64,000 bases of DNA from Nitrospiraceae bacterium (GTDB taxonomy: Bacteria > Nitrospirota > Nitrospiria > Nitrospirales > Nitrospiraceae), in NCBI GenBank assembly GCA_050246315.1, contig JBFWWG010000007.1:128001-192000 (forward strand), written 5' to 3'. Made by a program: the position numbers and the translations under genes. Below the pieces are notes generated by a model, which saw nothing but the letters and a program-made list of their open reading frames with translations, had not been told where the DNA came from and ran no database searches. Within the stretch, counting starts at the first letter, position 1. Each line of letters begins with the position of its first letter. Of the stretch, positions 40,229 through 51,813 are shown in pieces.

Positions 40229-42037
40229 TTACAGGCTTTCGACGAAGCTGCGCAATTTTTTACTGCGACTGGGGTGCCGCAGCTTGCGCAACGCCTTGGC
40301 CTCGATTTGTCTGATGCGCTCGCGAGTCACCTCGAAATCCTGCCCGACCTCTTCCAAGGTATGGTCGGTCGCTTCGCCGATACCGAACCGCTTGCGCAGG
40401 ACTTTCTCTTCACGCGGCGTCAACGTTTCCAGCGCGCTGTTGATCTGCCGCTGCAAATCGTAGCGGATGGCCGCCTCCAGCGGGGAGACGGCCTTCTTGT
40501 CCTCGATAAAATCGCCCAGATGGCTGTCCTCTTCTTCTCCGATGGGCGTTTCCAGCGAAATGGGCTCGCGCGCGATTTTGAGGATCTTGCGCACCTTGTC
40601 CAACGGCATATCCATGCGCTCGGCGATTTCCTCGGGCATCGGCTCGCGTCCCAGCTTCTGGACCAAATGCCGCGAGGTGCGGATGAGCTTGTTGATCGTT
40701 TCGATCATGTGCACGGGAATGCGGATCGTGCGCGCCTGGTCCGCAATCGCTCGGGTGATGGCCTGTCGAATCCACCAGGTGGCATAGGTGCTGAACTTGT
40801 AGCCGCGCCGATACTCGAACTTGTCTACGGCCTTCATGAGGCCGATGTTGCCCTCCTGGATGAGATCCAAGAACTGAAGCCCTCGGTTGGTATATTTTTT
40901 AGCGATACTGACGACCAGCCGCAGGTTCGCCTCGACCAATTCCGCCTTGCCTCGCTTGACCTTCTCGTCAGCCTGGTCTAAATGCTTGACGGCGTCCTTG
41001 ATTTCTTCCGCGGACACCAAGGCTTCCTCGGTTTCAATTTGGCGGATCCGCGCCTTGGCCGCTTGAAACACCTTCTTGATATCGAGGAGGGTCTCTTCAG
41101 AGATCCCGGTCTTCCGTTTGACTGCAAGGAAGTCCTGCCGCGTCCGCCCGAGCCGCCGAAGGGCTTCCTGACCCGCCTCCCCGCTGATGCCAGTCCGCCG
41201 CTGGCAATGTCCAATTTCCCGCTCGGCCGCCCGGATCTGATGAGCGACATCCCGCACACGCTGGACCATCCGGTCTTTTAGGACCGCATGCAGGTTGACC
41301 GCCTCGATCTTTTCGACCAACTGCCCGCGTACGGTTTCGATATGTTTTTTGACCTTTTTCTGCTCCGATTGGTCACTCGCGATTTGCTTGACCTTGGCAC
41401 ACAGGCCCCGATAGGCCGTCGAGACCTTCCGAACCTCATTAAGAGCCTCCAGGGTCCGCACGCGCAACTCGGTGTCGTCGCGCTCGCCTCCCTCTTCTTC
41501 CTCCTCGAACTCTTCCTCGGAGATCGGAACGATCTCCCGCACCTTGACCTTGTCCAGCTTCAATTGCTCACGGAGGGCCAGGATATATTCGATCGTCATC
41601 GGAAGGCCGTAGACGATCGAGGCAATCTCCATCTTGCCCTCTTCGATGCGTTTGGCGATCTCAATTTCGCCTTCGCGGCTGAGGAGAGCCACACTCCCCA
41701 TTTCCTTGAGATACAGGCGGACCGGGTCGTCCGTGCGGCTGAGCGCGCCCGGGGTCAGGTCGATTTCCCGTTCGTTTTCTTCGCCCGCCTCGCCTTCGTC
41801 TTCTTCCTCTGCTTCGCGGGATTCGGCCGCCTTCGGCTGGCGCTGAGCCTCCGCCGATTCCACGATATCGATATCCATCTCGCCGAACATGGTCACCAGC
41901 GTATTGAGCTGATCCGGCGACACGACATCGGGGGGCAAGGTGCTGTTCAGCTCCTCGTAGGTGAGGAAGCCCTTCTCCTTCCCGATCGAGATCAGCTTCT
42001 TGACTTCATTCATGAATTCCTGTTTCGGCATACCCAC
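40229..42037 (-). CDS. rpoD: RNA polymerase primary sigma factor
   Basis: Region 1.1, [50 protein letters not shown]. Confidence 0.99.
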   Translation of the reverse strand: MGMPKQEFMNEVKKLISIGKEKGFLTYEELNSTLPPDVVSPDQLNTLVTMFGEMDIDIVESAEAQRQPKAAESREAEEEDEGEAGEENEREIDLTPGALSRTDDPVRLYLKEMGSVALLSREGEIEIAKRIEEGKMEIASIVYGLPMTIEYILALREQLKLDKVKVREIVPISEEEFEEEEEGGERDDTELRVRTLEALNEVRKVSTAYRGLCAKVKQIASDQSEQKKVKKHIETVRGQLVEKIEAVNLHAVLKDRMVQRVRDVAHQIRAAEREIGHCQRRTGISGEAGQEALRRLGRTRQDFLAVKRKTGISEETLLDIKKVFQAAKARIRQIETEEALVSAEEIKDAVKHLDQADEKVKRGKAELVEANLRLVVSIAKKYTNRGLQFLDLIQEGNIGLMKAVDKFEYRRGYKFSTYATWWIRQAITRAIADQARTIRIPVHMIETINKLIRTSRHLVQKLGREPMPEEIAERMDMPLDKVRKILKIAREPISLETPIGEEEDSHLGDFIEDKKAVSPLEAAIRYDLQRQINSALETLTPREEKVLRKRFGIGEATDHTLEEVGQDFEVTRERIRQIEAKALRKLRHPSRSKKLRSFVESL

Positions 42038-42166
42038 TCCTCAACGTCCGATCGCCTGTTCACGACCCCGCACTATTCACGATGACCTCGACTGCAACCG
42101 CCGTACGACCCGATACCGCCCAAGAGCAGCCGGTGATACGTCACGAACTCTTGCGAAGCGTGCGGG

Positions 42167-43975
42167 CTAGCGATACGCGGCCTTTTGTATCCGCAACTCG
42201 TTCACTCGCTCGTTCAACGTCCGCACCTCCTCCGTCCTGCCGGCTTGGCTCGCCTCCTTGAGTTGCGCGACCAGTTCCGCGAGCAGCCGCTCGTGGCGCC
42301 TCCGATCCAACGTCGCGAGACAGCCCCGCATGGACGCCGGCGCATCCTCGTCATGGCGTTCCTGCACCGACAACTCCGCCGTCAGCACGCGCGCCGACTC
42401 ATTCGTGAGCAGTTCGTCCAGCAACGGCCGGAGCAGCAGGCGTCCGTCCGCTCCACGGTGCCGGAGCGCCGCCTCGACGATCGAGCGCGCGGCCGGGTCG
42501 ACAAACGAATCGGATCGCAAGCCGGTAAGATCCTTCGCTGAACAGTGGCCGTGCAGGAGCAGGTGGACGAATTCCCGCTCTTCCGGGTTGATCGTCGCGT
42601 TCGGCTTGGGCGCAGCCGCACCGGATGAGGAGGCACGGTTCCCTCTGGCGCCTTTCTGGATGGACACATAGCGTTCGGCAAGCCGCTGCTCGCTGATCCC
42701 CAGTCGTTCCGCCGCCTGCCTCAGCCGCTCGGCCTTCTCGACGGGATGACTGATTTTTTGAATGATCTCCACCACGGCGTCCGACGCTCGCACCTTTTCT
42801 TCGATCCGGCCGGAGGCCGCTTGTCGCAGGCTCTGATCAAGCGCGAAATCCCAGAGACTGGGCGATCGCTCGAGCAAGCGAGCGAAACCTTCCGGTCCAT
42901 GAGATCGCACAAACGTATCGGGATCATGTCCGTCAGGCAGACTGACCACGTTGACCGCCAACCCGGTGTCCACAAACAGGTTTAACGTACGCAAAGCCGC
43001 GCGCACACCGGCTGCATCCGGGTCGAACAACAGGACCACCCGGTTTGCGTAGCGACGCACCGTGCGCACATGCTCGGGGGTCAACGCCGTCCCCAATGTC
43101 GCCACCGCCGTCCGGATACCGGCCTGGTGGAGCGCGATCACGTCGAAGTACCCTTCGACGATAATCAGGGTCCGTTCGCGGCTGGCCGCCTCATAGGCCA
43201 CATCGAGCGCATAGAGGGTCTGGCCCTTCTTGAAAAGCGGCGTATCTCTGGAGTTGAGGTACTTGGGTTCGCCCGGCCCTACCACCCTTCCGCCGAACCC
43301 GACCACTCGCCGGCGGAGGTCGGTGATCGGGAAAATTACACGGCCCCGAAACTGGTCGTAACAGCCGCCACCCGCAGCCGCGGTGCGCGTCCCGCTGTTG
43401 CGGGGAACCGCCAGACCGGCCTCGCAGATCTCCGCCTCGGAGAAGCCGTCCTTCATCAGGGAGCGAACCAACCGTTCCCAATCCGGCATGGCATAGCCGA
43501 GGCCGAACTGATCTGCAGCAGCCTGACCGATGCCACGAGTTTCCAAATAGTCGCGCCCCGGCTGACCGATGGCCGGCTCGCTCAAGGTACGCCGGAAATG
43601 CCCCGCGGCAGCCTGGTTGACCGACTCCAACCGCCTCCGTCGTTGTGCATCCTGGTCGGTTTCGGTCGCCGAGACCTCGGGGACCTGTATCCCAACACGA
43701 CGCCCGAGCTCTCGCATGGCCTCAGGAAAGGTGAGGCCGGACACCTTCATAAAAAAGGCGATGGCGTCACCGCTCTCCCCGCATCCGAAGCAATGAAACA
43801 GTTGCTTCCCGGGGCTCACCGTGAAAGAGGGGGTGCGATCATCGTGGAAGGGACAACAGGCTTTGAAGTTCTGCCCCGTGCGCGTCAGGGTCATGTGACT
43901 CGACACCACGTCCATGATGTCGAGCCGTTCCTTAATCTGGGCCAGAATGGCGTCTGAAATCGGCCCTCGACTCAC
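42167..43975 (-). CDS. dnaG: DNA primase
   Basis: CPFH...HCFGC zinc finger, FGGR, KYLNS, VEGYFDV, FDPDAAG, DPD. Confidence 0.98.
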   Translation of the reverse strand: MSRGPISDAILAQIKERLDIMDVVSSHMTLTRTGQNFKACCPFHDDRTPSFTVSPGKQLFHCFGCGESGDAIAFFMKVSGLTFPEAMRELGRRVGIQVPEVSATETDQDAQRRRRLESVNQAAAGHFRRTLSEPAIGQPGRDYLETRGIGQAAADQFGLGYAMPDWERLVRSLMKDGFSEAEICEAGLAVPRNSGTRTAAAGGGCYDQFRGRVIFPITDLRRRVVGFGGRVVGPGEPKYLNSRDTPLFKKGQTLYALDVAYEAASRERTLIIVEGYFDVIALHQAGIRTAVATLGTALTPEHVRTVRRYANRVVLLFDPDAAGVRAALRTLNLFVDTGLAVNVVSLPDGHDPDTFVRSHGPEGFARLLERSPSLWDFALDQSLRQAASGRIEEKVRASDAVVEIIQKISHPVEKAERLRQAAERLGISEQRLAERYVSIQKGARGNRASSSGAAAPKPNATINPEEREFVHLLLHGHCSAKDLTGLRSDSFVDPAARSIVEAALRHRGADGRLLLRPLLDELLTNESARVLTAELSVQERHDEDAPASMRGCLATLDRRRHERLLAELVAQLKEASQAGRTEEVRTLNERVNELRIQKAAYR

Positions 43976-44209
43976 CGTGAGCGAACCTTCCGAGCTGTGC
44001 AAGCCCGGAGCCAGCCAACAATCTTCAGCGGCTCACCCCGGTCCAAGTGAAAGAGAGGCAAGAATTGACCGTTCAGGCTAACAAACGAGTGGGAGGACTG
44101 TCAATGAGAGGATGGTCTTGCTGGGGAGGGAGTGACGCATGATTCCCAACGACCAGCCAGCACGGCATACATCGAGAAGTTATCGCTCCTGATGCAGATG
44201 ACGCTCTAG

Positions 44210-44284
44210 CGGGCGCCGAAAAATCTTTTCGACCCCTGAAATCGTCAGGGACATCCGCCGCTGGCGGTCTTTTTCACCATCCTG
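44210..44284. mobile_element. Short MITE-like repeat, copy 3, flanked by CTAG on both sides
   Basis: CTAG (44206-44209), then CGGGCGCCGAAAAA...GCTGGCGGTCTTTTTCACCATCCTG, then CTAG (44285-44288). Confidence 0.65.
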
Positions 44285-44629
44285 CTAGCCCGGCGGCCAG
44301 GTCATGGCCCGTCCGCCGAGGATATGGAAGTGAAGATGAAACACGGTCTGGCCACCGTCTCGGCCGCTATTCGCCACGATGCGATAGCCATGCTCCGATA
44401 AACCCTTTTGACGGGCTACCACGGCGCAAGTCAGCAACAGATGGCCTAGCAGGCTCTGGTTTTCGTCGCCACATTCACGGAGGGAACTGACATGCTTCCT
44501 GGGAATGATGAGGATATGCGTGGGAGCCTGAGGGTGGAGGTCCTCAAAGGCGACGCATTGTGGGTCCTGATGGACGATCTTGGAGGGAAGACTTCCCGCA
44601 GCAATCCGACAAAACAGACAGTCACTCAC
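44285..44629 (-). CDS. hinT: Histidine triad (HIT) nucleotide-binding protein
   Basis: DCLFCRI, PQAPTHILIIP, QTVFHLHFHILGGR, WPPG. Confidence 0.95.
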   Translation of the reverse strand: MSDCLFCRIAAGSLPSKIVHQDPQCVAFEDLHPQAPTHILIIPRKHVSSLRECGDENQSLLGHLLLTCAVVARQKGLSEHGYRIVANSGRDGGQTVFHLHFHILGGRAMTWPPG

Positions 44630-45347
44630 TCGTACCTCCTTCCCGAGGTGGAGTCGGACGAAGACCCGACTTGCCATGGCGGGCAGCCAGTTCCCGATAG
44701 ACGTCGTGGATGGGGATCCCATTGGCCTCCAGCACGATCAGGGTGTGGAAGAGCAGATCGGCAACCTCGTAAACAATCTCCTCTCGCTTGGCGTTCTTGC
44801 CGGCCAGCAGGACCTCACCGGCCTCCTCGATCACCTTCTTGAGAAACCGATCCGGTCCCCCTTCCAGAAGCCTGGATACATAGGAGTCAGCGCGTGGATT
44901 CGCGCGCCGCTCTCGTACCGTCTCCGTAATCCGTTCCAAGATTCCGCCCAACGCGGCGGAGGTGTTCCGGTCCTGTCCCTGACTCCCCTCCAGTTCGGTG
45001 AAAAAGCAGCTCCGCTCGCCCGTGTGGCAGGTCGGACCGACCGGTTCGGCCTTCACGAGAATCGTATCCTGATCGCAATCGACGAAGAGATCCCTCACGA
45101 TCAACCGATGGCCCGATGTTTCACCCTTTTCCCACAGCCGCTGCCGGGAGCGACTCCAGAAATGGACGGAGCGGGTGGACCTGGTCCGATCCAACGCCTC
45201 CCGGTTCATATAGCCCAGCATCAACACGGACCCGTCCCGCCAATCCTGAATGATGGCCGGGATGAGCCCGCGATCGTCGAACTGTAACTTTCGCTCGTCC
45301 TTCCCCATCAGACTTCCGAACGCTCCGATTCCGACCCGTTCTCGCAA
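44622..45347 (-). CDS. hisIE: Bifunctional phosphoribosyl-AMP cyclohydrolase / phosphoribosyl-ATP pyrophosphatase
   Basis: SRSRQRLWEKGETSG, DCDQD, CHTGERSCF, KVIEEAGE, EVADLLFH. Confidence 0.98.
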   Translation of the reverse strand: MRERVGIGAFGSLMGKDERKLQFDDRGLIPAIIQDWRDGSVLMLGYMNREALDRTRSTRSVHFWSRSRQRLWEKGETSGHRLIVRDLFVDCDQDTILVKAEPVGPTCHTGERSCFFTELEGSQGQDRNTSAALGGILERITETVRERRANPRADSYVSRLLEGGPDRFLKKVIEEAGEVLLAGKNAKREEIVYEVADLLFHTLIVLEANGIPIHDVYRELAARHGKSGLRPTPPREGGTSE

Positions 45348-45354
45348 CCGGTTA

Positions 45355-46149
45355 TCATAGACCTACCGGCTTGGCCTCTGCGACCAGACGCACCGGCACC
45401 CCGCGCTCAGCCAAGTAGGCCTTGGCCTCTGGGATCGTATAGGTTCGATAGTGAAAAATGGAAGCCGCCAAAACCGCATCGGCCATCCCATCGGTCAGGC
45501 CCTGGTAGAGATGCTCCAAGGTGCCGACCCCGCCGGACGCAATGACCGGAACCGAGACAGCCCGGGACACGGTCCGAGTCAAATCAAGGTCATACCCAGC
45601 CTGAGTGCCGTCTCGATCCATACTCGTCAGCAGAATCTCACCGGCCCCGTAGCCCTCCATCCGCTTGGCCCACTCGACGACATCTAGACCGGTAGGACGG
45701 CGCCCCCCGTGGGTATAGACCTCCCACGAGTCCGGATTGCGGGAACCAGCACGTTTGGCATCGATCGCAACCACGATACATTGCGTGCCGAATCGGCCCG
45801 CCGCGGCCTGGACGAAATCCGGTGACGCAACGGCCGCGGTATTGATACTGACCTTGTCGGCTCCGGCCGTCAGCAACGCACGAATGTCGTCCAGGCTGCG
45901 GATGCCTCCGCCGACCGTCAAGGGCATGAAGACCTGCTCGGCCGTGCTCGCCACCACATCCAAGATGATGGCGCGGGCCTCATGAGACGCGGTGATGTCC
46001 AGAAAGCACAGTTCGTCGGCACCTTCTCGATCGTAGAGCTTGGCGATCTCGACAGGGTCTCCCGCATCGCGCAGATTAACGAAGCTCACGCCCTTGACGA
46101 CTCTGCCGCCCTTGACGTCCAAACAGGGAATGATGCGTTTGGTGAGCAT
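45355..46149 (-). CDS. hisF: Imidazole glycerol phosphate synthase cyclase subunit
   Basis: [40 protein letters not shown]. Confidence 0.99.
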   Translation of the reverse strand: MLTKRIIPCLDVKGGRVVKGVSFVNLRDAGDPVEIAKLYDREGADELCFLDITASHEARAIILDVVASTAEQVFMPLTVGGGIRSLDDIRALLTAGADKVSINTAAVASPDFVQAAAGRFGTQCIVVAIDAKRAGSRNPDSWEVYTHGGRRPTGLDVVEWAKRMEGYGAGEILLTSMDRDGTQAGYDLDLTRTVSRAVSVPVIASGGVGTLEHLYQGLTDGMADAVLAASIFHYRTYTIPEAKAYLAERGVPVRLVAEAKPVGL

Positions 46150-46171
46150 GGGTAAGCGCCTGTGCAAGATC

Positions 46172-46894
46172 CTACGAACGCATCGCGCGGAGCGCCTCGG
46201 CAAAATCGAGTTTGCCGTCATAGAGCGCCTTGCCGACAATGGCCGCCTCGATCCGAGCACCGAGGGCTTGAACGGCCAAGAGATCCTCTATGCGTGTGAT
46301 GCCGCCCGATGCGATGACCGGACAGGGCGCATGACTCGCAACCTCTTTCAAGGCCTCGAGATTCGGACCTGCGAGCATGCCATCTCGTGCAATATCCGTA
46401 TAAACCACGCCCGCCAGCTTCAGTCCTTCCAACCGCCGGACGAGATCAACCGCGGAAGTCTCAGAGACACTGGTCCATCCGTTCACCGCCACCATGCCGT
46501 TGCGGGCATCCACCCCCACGAGGACCCGGCCAGGGAACTCACGAGCGGCCTCTTCGAGAAAAGACCGGTCCCTCAGCGCCGCGGTGCCGAGCACCACCCT
46601 CACCACTCCGATCTGGAAATAACGCCGCACAGTCTCGATCGAGCGAACGCCCCCGCCGACCTGCACGGAGAGCCCGACAGCCTTGACGATCCCTTCAATC
46701 TGCATGTCGTTACTCGGCTTCCCATCGACGGCCCCATTCAGATCGACCACGTGGAGCCGCGTCGCGCCCTTTTGTTGCCAGCCACGCGCCACCGAAACGA
46801 GGTCATCGGAGTAAACGGTCTCCGCAGCCATGTCGCCCTGTCGCAACCTGACGCAACGGCCATCCTTGATGTCAATCGCGGGAATCACCTGCAT
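46172..46894 (-). CDS. hisA: ProFAR isomerase
   Basis: [36 protein letters not shown]. Confidence 0.99.
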   Translation of the reverse strand: MQVIPAIDIKDGRCVRLRQGDMAAETVYSDDLVSVARGWQQKGATRLHVVDLNGAVDGKPSNDMQIEGIVKAVGLSVQVGGGVRSIETVRRYFQIGVVRVVLGTAALRDRSFLEEAAREFPGRVLVGVDARNGMVAVNGWTSVSETSAVDLVRRLEGLKLAGVVYTDIARDGMLAGPNLEALKEVASHAPCPVIASGGITRIEDLLAVQALGARIEAAIVGKALYDGKLDFAEALRAMRS

Positions 46895-46915
46895 GGACCA
46901 TCACTCCCGGTTCGC

Positions 46916-47674
46916 TTACTCATGCCCGCCGTATGGAAATTCCTTGAGCACCTTGTCCACTCCATAGGTCGCCAGCTCCTTCGCGGTCACAAACGCGCCT
47001 TTCCGTTCGATAAACCCCCACAGGTCTTCGTTCATCGGCCTCTGCTTTTCGAAATAATTGCCCACCCAGAGGGTCACGCCGTCTGAACCAACCAAGCGCA
47101 GCTCAAATCCCACCGCGGCCGGATCGGCGCCCAGCTTGCTACCGACTCGTTCGCGATACACCAACACCTTTCCGACTACGACGGCATCCACACCCAATTG
47201 CTTTGCGATTGTAGGCGCCAGAGACTGCGGTTGATCGTCCTTCGGTTGGGCTGCGCTCTCCTCCCATGCCCGTTCGCCCTCCTGAAGCGACCGAAGGGTC
47301 AACCCAGGCCGCTGGCTGAGGCGATCCCAAACCAATCGAGTGACAATTTCGCCGGCCGATGGTGGCACGACGGTGGTGGCCTGCTTGGTCGGCCGGGCAT
47401 CGGACGGGATTCCAACCGTGATGTTGGACCGCCGAGCGCTGGTAGGGACCGAGAGTTCATTGATTCGATCATCCACGACCTGGGGAGTCTCCAATGTCTG
47501 GAACGGCAGTATCGCGACCGCCTTTATGTCATAGCGCTCGGCATGGGGTGAGGTTTCTGCTCTGACCTTGGTCGGTCCGCATCCACTTGCGATCGAGACA
47601 AGTCCCCCAACGGCCACAGCAAGTGCGAGTCGAAATGTCCACGGGATGATGGCGCCGTCGAATTTCCGCCTCAT
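46916..47674 (-). CDS. Hypothetical lipoprotein (LpoB/CsgG/TolB-N-like pattern)
   Basis: Lipobox IASGC, VAILPF, A.QLGVDAVVVGKV, .LRLV...G..LW. Confidence 0.7.
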   Translation of the reverse strand: MRRKFDGAIIPWTFRLALAVAVGGLVSIASGCGPTKVRAETSPHAERYDIKAVAILPFQTLETPQVVDDRINELSVPTSARRSNITVGIPSDARPTKQATTVVPPSAGEIVTRLVWDRLSQRPGLTLRSLQEGERAWEESAAQPKDDQPQSLAPTIAKQLGVDAVVVGKVLVYRERVGSKLGADPAAVGFELRLVGSDGVTLWVGNYFEKQRPMNEDLWGFIERKGAFVTAKELATYGVDKVLKEFPYGGHE

Positions 47675-48315
47675 TGCCAGGCTCCGAAATTCTTCACAAT
47701 CCGTAACCCCACCGACTGACTTTTCTCCGGATGGAACTGACAGGCGACAATATTGTCTCGCCAGATGCTTGACGCAAACGACAACCCGTACGTGGTCGTA
47801 GTCGCGATCACCGATGGTTCGGCCGGGACGACGTAGTAGGAATGCACGAAGTATAGGCTGGCCTCGTTTGCGAGATCAGCAAACGGAGGCGCTCGGCGTT
47901 CGATCGTGATCTGATTCCATCCCATGTGCGGCACTTTCAATGCGGCAACCCCGCCGCGCGGACTGCCGCATGACGACTCGGAGGTCCAGGGAAATCGGAG
48001 GACGCGGCCGGACAGAACATCCAATCCTTTGTGCACCCCGAACTCTTCGCTTTCCGAAAAGAGCACCTGGAATCCCAGACAAATGCCGAGAAAGGGTTTG
48101 CCGCTTTGGATCGCGGCGCGGATCGGCTGGATCAACCCAAACTGCTCAAGATTGCTCATGCAGTCTGCGAAGGCGCCCACGCCCGGCAGCACGACATGGC
48201 TCGCGTCGCGAAGGACCTGAGGCGAGCGAGTGACCACCGCCGGACAGCCGACGGTCTCGAAGGCCTTCTGCACGCTGCGCAGATTGCCCATTCCATAGTC
48301 GATGATGGCGATCAT
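47671..48315 (-). CDS. hisH: Imidazole glycerol phosphate synthase glutaminase subunit
   Basis: IDYGMGNLRSV, LPGVG, GICLG, PHMGWN, QFHPEKS. Confidence 0.99.
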   Translation of the reverse strand: MIAIIDYGMGNLRSVQKAFETVGCPAVVTRSPQVLRDASHVVLPGVGAFADCMSNLEQFGLIQPIRAAIQSGKPFLGICLGFQVLFSESEEFGVHKGLDVLSGRVLRFPWTSESSCGSPRGGVAALKVPHMGWNQITIERRAPPFADLANEASLYFVHSYYVVPAEPSVIATTTTYGLSFASSIWRDNIVACQFHPEKSQSVGLRIVKNFGAWQ

Positions 48316-48409
48316 GGCCTGTTTTCACATCCAGTGAAAGGTCAACAATACCCCAACCAGAGGCGTCCTGCCACTGGCAAACTTCCGCGACTCCCCGCCA
48401 TGAAATGAA

Positions 48410-48610
48410 ACAGGAAGGCCCGTGACCTGAGACCAATATCCCATGATAAGCAAGACCCTTTGAGATTCTCGGAACTGGCTGATCGAAGGACGCACCGGCC
48501 TCCCGAACCGTACGAGGAGCTCGCCACTCGCCGAAGCCCAGTGGCCTTCGGCGAGCACGGATGATTGCTCAGCCTCGTCATGAAAGATCTGAGGGCGCGT
48601 CTCTCTGAGC
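48410..48610 (+). pseudogene. Decayed Phd/YefM-like antitoxin remnant
   Basis: Fragments in shifting frames (RP..DLR; YEELA/LAEAQ/VAFGE; VMKDLRARLS) with internal stops, directly upstream of a RelE/ParE-like gene. Confidence 0.4.
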
Positions 48611-48921
48611 AGAGACAGGTATGCCCTTCGACTACTCTCAATGGACGATCAGCACTTTCCGACATTGTCGAGCAACTCGCGTCCGAATATCTCTCCGCCG
48701 CGCACACCCTTACGGATCAGATCGAAGAGAAATTACAGACCTTCTCCAGCTACCCGTTTCTGGGGAAACTGCCGTCCAATGCCAAGCTGGCGAGAATGGG
48801 TTACAGAGGGCTGGTTGTAGGGGACTATCTGGCTTTCTACAAAGTGCGCCGGAAGACGGTGTTGGTGTACCGCAACATCCACGGGGCACGAGACATTCTG
48901 CCGCTTCTCAACCAACTCTAG
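48605..48921 (+). pseudogene. RelE/ParE family toxin, apparently frameshifted
   Basis: C-terminal part LSDIVE...SYPFLG...GYRGLVVGDYLAFYKV...VYRNIHGARD. The family-like N-terminal strand RYALRLLS is in another frame, with no ATG in that frame before it. Confidence 0.7.
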
Positions 48922-49191
48922 CCAGCGTAGTCGGAAGCAAGACGAGAGGAAAGGATTATTTGAGGCCGGGGCTAGTTTCGTCCAGGAGTCAGAGTTGTGG
49001 GATCTAGTCTTGACTTTGCCGAATGAAAAGAAAACGCACCGAGAGCCTTTTCAGTCTTCCTAGCGCGGGCGACCTGTGCCCCGTACTCACGTGCAGTCCA
49101 TTTGAGCTTTCTCCAGTCGACTTCCTCGATATCCCCGGCAATCTCGAAATGCACAAGCCCATTTCAGGGTTCAGCGTTTGGCCATCTCGGA

Positions 49192-49797
49192 CTACAGCAT
49201 CCCCTTCGTCGAGAGCACTTTGCCGACCAGCCGTTCCTCCGGCATCGTCGCCTGATCCAGTGCCTTGGCCGTCGCCTTGAAAATCGCCTCCATGATGTGG
49301 TGGGGATTGCGGCCGTACATGAGATTCACATGCAGGTTCAGCCCGCCGTGCGTGACGAAGGCCTGGAAGAAGTCTTCAAAGAGGCCCAGGTCGAACGACT
49401 TGATCTTCCGATCCGGCAGGCTCACATTGTAGACGAGATAGGGCCGGCCGCTGAGATCCACCGTCACCTGCGCCAAGGTTTCATCGAGCGGCGCCGACGC
49501 AAACCCGAAGCGCTTGATTCCCGCCTTCTCCCCCAGGGCTTGGTGCAGAGCCTTTCCCATGACGATGCCGACGTCTTCGACGGTATGGTGCTCGTCGATG
49601 TCGAGATCGCCCTTGGCCTGGACGGTGAGGTCGAAGAACCCATGTTTCGCCAGCAATTCGAGCATGTGATCGAAAAAGCGGATGCCCGTGTCGATCTTGC
49701 CCTCACCGGCGCCATCCAACGTCCATTCAACGCGAATGTCCGTCTCCTTCGTGGCACGATGAAGGGCGGCCTGCCGCGGCGCTCCGTTCTTCTTCAT
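49192..49797 (-). CDS. hisB: Imidazoleglycerol-phosphate dehydratase
   Basis: [31 protein letters not shown]. Confidence 0.99.
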   Translation of the reverse strand: MKKNGAPRQAALHRATKETDIRVEWTLDGAGEGKIDTGIRFFDHMLELLAKHGFFDLTVQAKGDLDIDEHHTVEDVGIVMGKALHQALGEKAGIKRFGFASAPLDETLAQVTVDLSGRPYLVYNVSLPDRKIKSFDLGLFEDFFQAFVTHGGLNLHVNLMYGRNPHHIMEAIFKATAKALDQATMPEERLVGKVLSTKGML

Positions 49798-51077
49798 GCG
49801 AACCTGCTTTCTGCCGACTTGGCGTGCGCGTCAAACCCTTCGATGTGGGCCAGCCTGACGAGAGGCTCCTTGACCTGTCGCAGCTCTTCTTTGGTGAAGG
49901 ACACGATGTTGCTGATCTTCACATAGTCGTTCACCGAGAGGGCGGAAAAGAACCGGGCCGTCCCGCCAGTGGGCAACACATGGTTGGGCCCTGCAATATA
50001 GTCCGCCACAGACGGCGGCGTGTAGCGTCCCAAAAACAAGGCGCCGGCATGGCGGATGCGCTCCAGATAATCGAAGGGGCGCTCCGTCGCAACCGACAAG
50101 TGCTCCGCGGCGATTTCGTTGGCCACGTCGATGGCCTGTTCCATCGACTCGGTGACAAATGCCACGGCATGCCGGGTGATCGCCTTGCCGGCGATGGCGG
50201 TTCGCGACAACTGCTTCACCTGGGTCTGCACGGCTCGCGCCACATCCTCCGCTATCTTGCGGGACGGCGTCACCAGATAGACCTTGGCATGTTCGTCGTG
50301 CTCGGCTTCACAGAGCAGATCTGCCGCCACATAGGCGGGGTTGGCCGACTCATCGGCGAGCACCAACAGCTCGCTCGGACCCGCCATCATGTCGATGCCG
50401 ACCACACCATACAAGAGCTTCTTCGCCGTGGCGACGTAGATATTCCCCGGTCCGACGATCTTGTCTACCTTGCCGATCGTCCTGGTGCCGTAGGCCATCG
50501 CAGCTACGGCCTGCACACCCCCGACCCGGTAGATCTCATCGACCCCGGCAATGTCCGCCGCCACCAACAGGTACGGGTTGATCCCTGCCTGCCCGGACGG
50601 TGTGCACATCGTCACCCGTCGCACTCCTGCGACCTTAGCGGGGATGGCGGCCATCAGCACCGTGGAGGGATAGACGGCCTTTCCGCCCGGCACGTAGAGC
50701 CCGACGGCATCCAAAGGCAGCACGGCCTGCCCCAATGTCGCCCCCTGTTCCTGATACATCCAGGTCTTGCTCCGTTGCCTCTCGTGAAACATCCCGATCC
50801 GTTGTGCGGCGAGCCGGAGCGCATCGCCGTCCTCCTTACGAATCTTGTAATAGGCCTCCTTGATTTCTGCCGGCGTGACGCGCATTAAATCCGGCTTGAG
50901 GCTCACCCGGTCGAATTTTTTTGCATAGCGCAAGACCGCTCGGTCGCCACCTCGCTCGACCGCCTTGAGGATCGTCCGCACGGCCGGTTCTACCGCCCCT
51001 GTGTCCTGCCGCCCTCGCTGCACGACCTTCTGGAGCGCGGCCTTGAAGCCGCGGTCGGAATAGGCCATCACCTTCAT
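49794..51077 (-). CDS. hisD: Histidinol dehydrogenase
   Basis: [33 protein letters not shown]. Confidence 0.99.
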   Translation of the reverse strand: MKVMAYSDRGFKAALQKVVQRGRQDTGAVEPAVRTILKAVERGGDRAVLRYAKKFDRVSLKPDLMRVTPAEIKEAYYKIRKEDGDALRLAAQRIGMFHERQRSKTWMYQEQGATLGQAVLPLDAVGLYVPGGKAVYPSTVLMAAIPAKVAGVRRVTMCTPSGQAGINPYLLVAADIAGVDEIYRVGGVQAVAAMAYGTRTIGKVDKIVGPGNIYVATAKKLLYGVVGIDMMAGPSELLVLADESANPAYVAADLLCEAEHDEHAKVYLVTPSRKIAEDVARAVQTQVKQLSRTAIAGKAITRHAVAFVTESMEQAIDVANEIAAEHLSVATERPFDYLERIRHAGALFLGRYTPPSVADYIAGPNHVLPTGGTARFFSALSVNDYVKISNIVSFTKEELRQVKEPLVRLAHIEGFDAHAKSAESRFA

Positions 51078-51802
51078 GCAAGACTCCGATCTCGGCCGGC
51101 AAGAGCTCCGCGCTTCGCCGATCTAGGCCGTTTCCCGCTGTGGGCAACAGCGGCCGCTTTGCCATCTCCGGGCCGATTCCTCCGCAACGCCTCAAGCAAC
51201 GCCGTCACAGCCTGGTGCTTCAGCTTCAAACTGGCCCGATTGACGATGAGGCGTGCGGTCGAGCGGGCAATCACGTCGATTTCCACCAAATTGTGCGCTT
51301 TCAGCGTATTGCCCGTTTCCACCAGATCCACGATACGATCGGCCAGACCCAATACGGGGGCCAGTTCAATCGATCCGTACAGCTTGATGATTTCGACCGG
51401 AATCCCCTTCTGGTTGAAGTACCGCTCCGTAATCGTGGGATATTTCGTGGCGACCCGGACCTTGGACGATAAGCGGCTCCGCGACTCCCGACCCCGTAGA
51501 GCCGCCACGGAGAGCCGGCATGCACCAATTTTCAGATCGACTGGTTCATACACGTCCGGGTTCTGCTCCAACAGCACGTCCTTGCCGACGACGCCGATGT
51601 CCGCCGCCCCATGCTCGACATAGGCCGGCACATCGCTCGGTCTGACGATCAAATACGTGATGCCCCGATCCGCATAGGTGAACACCAGCTTGCGGCTGTT
51701 CTCGGTCAGGTCCTTTGTGGGATACCCGGCCTCGACGAACAGCGGCAAAGTTTGCCCCAGCAGCTTTCCTTTGGATAAGGCAATGGTCAACATGTCGTTC
51801 AT
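51074..51802 (-). CDS. hisG: ATP phosphoribosyltransferase (short form)
   Basis: IALSKG, DVPAYVEHG, ATKYP, GSIELAP, DLVETG.TL..N.L; no ACT-like C-terminal domain. Confidence 0.97.
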   Translation of the reverse strand: MNDMLTIALSKGKLLGQTLPLFVEAGYPTKDLTENSRKLVFTYADRGITYLIVRPSDVPAYVEHGAADIGVVGKDVLLEQNPDVYEPVDLKIGACRLSVAALRGRESRSRLSSKVRVATKYPTITERYFNQKGIPVEIIKLYGSIELAPVLGLADRIVDLVETGNTLKAHNLVEIDVIARSTARLIVNRASLKLKHQAVTALLEALRRNRPGDGKAAAVAHSGKRPRSAKRGALAGRDRSLA

Positions 51803-51813
51803 ACGCCGGTTCG

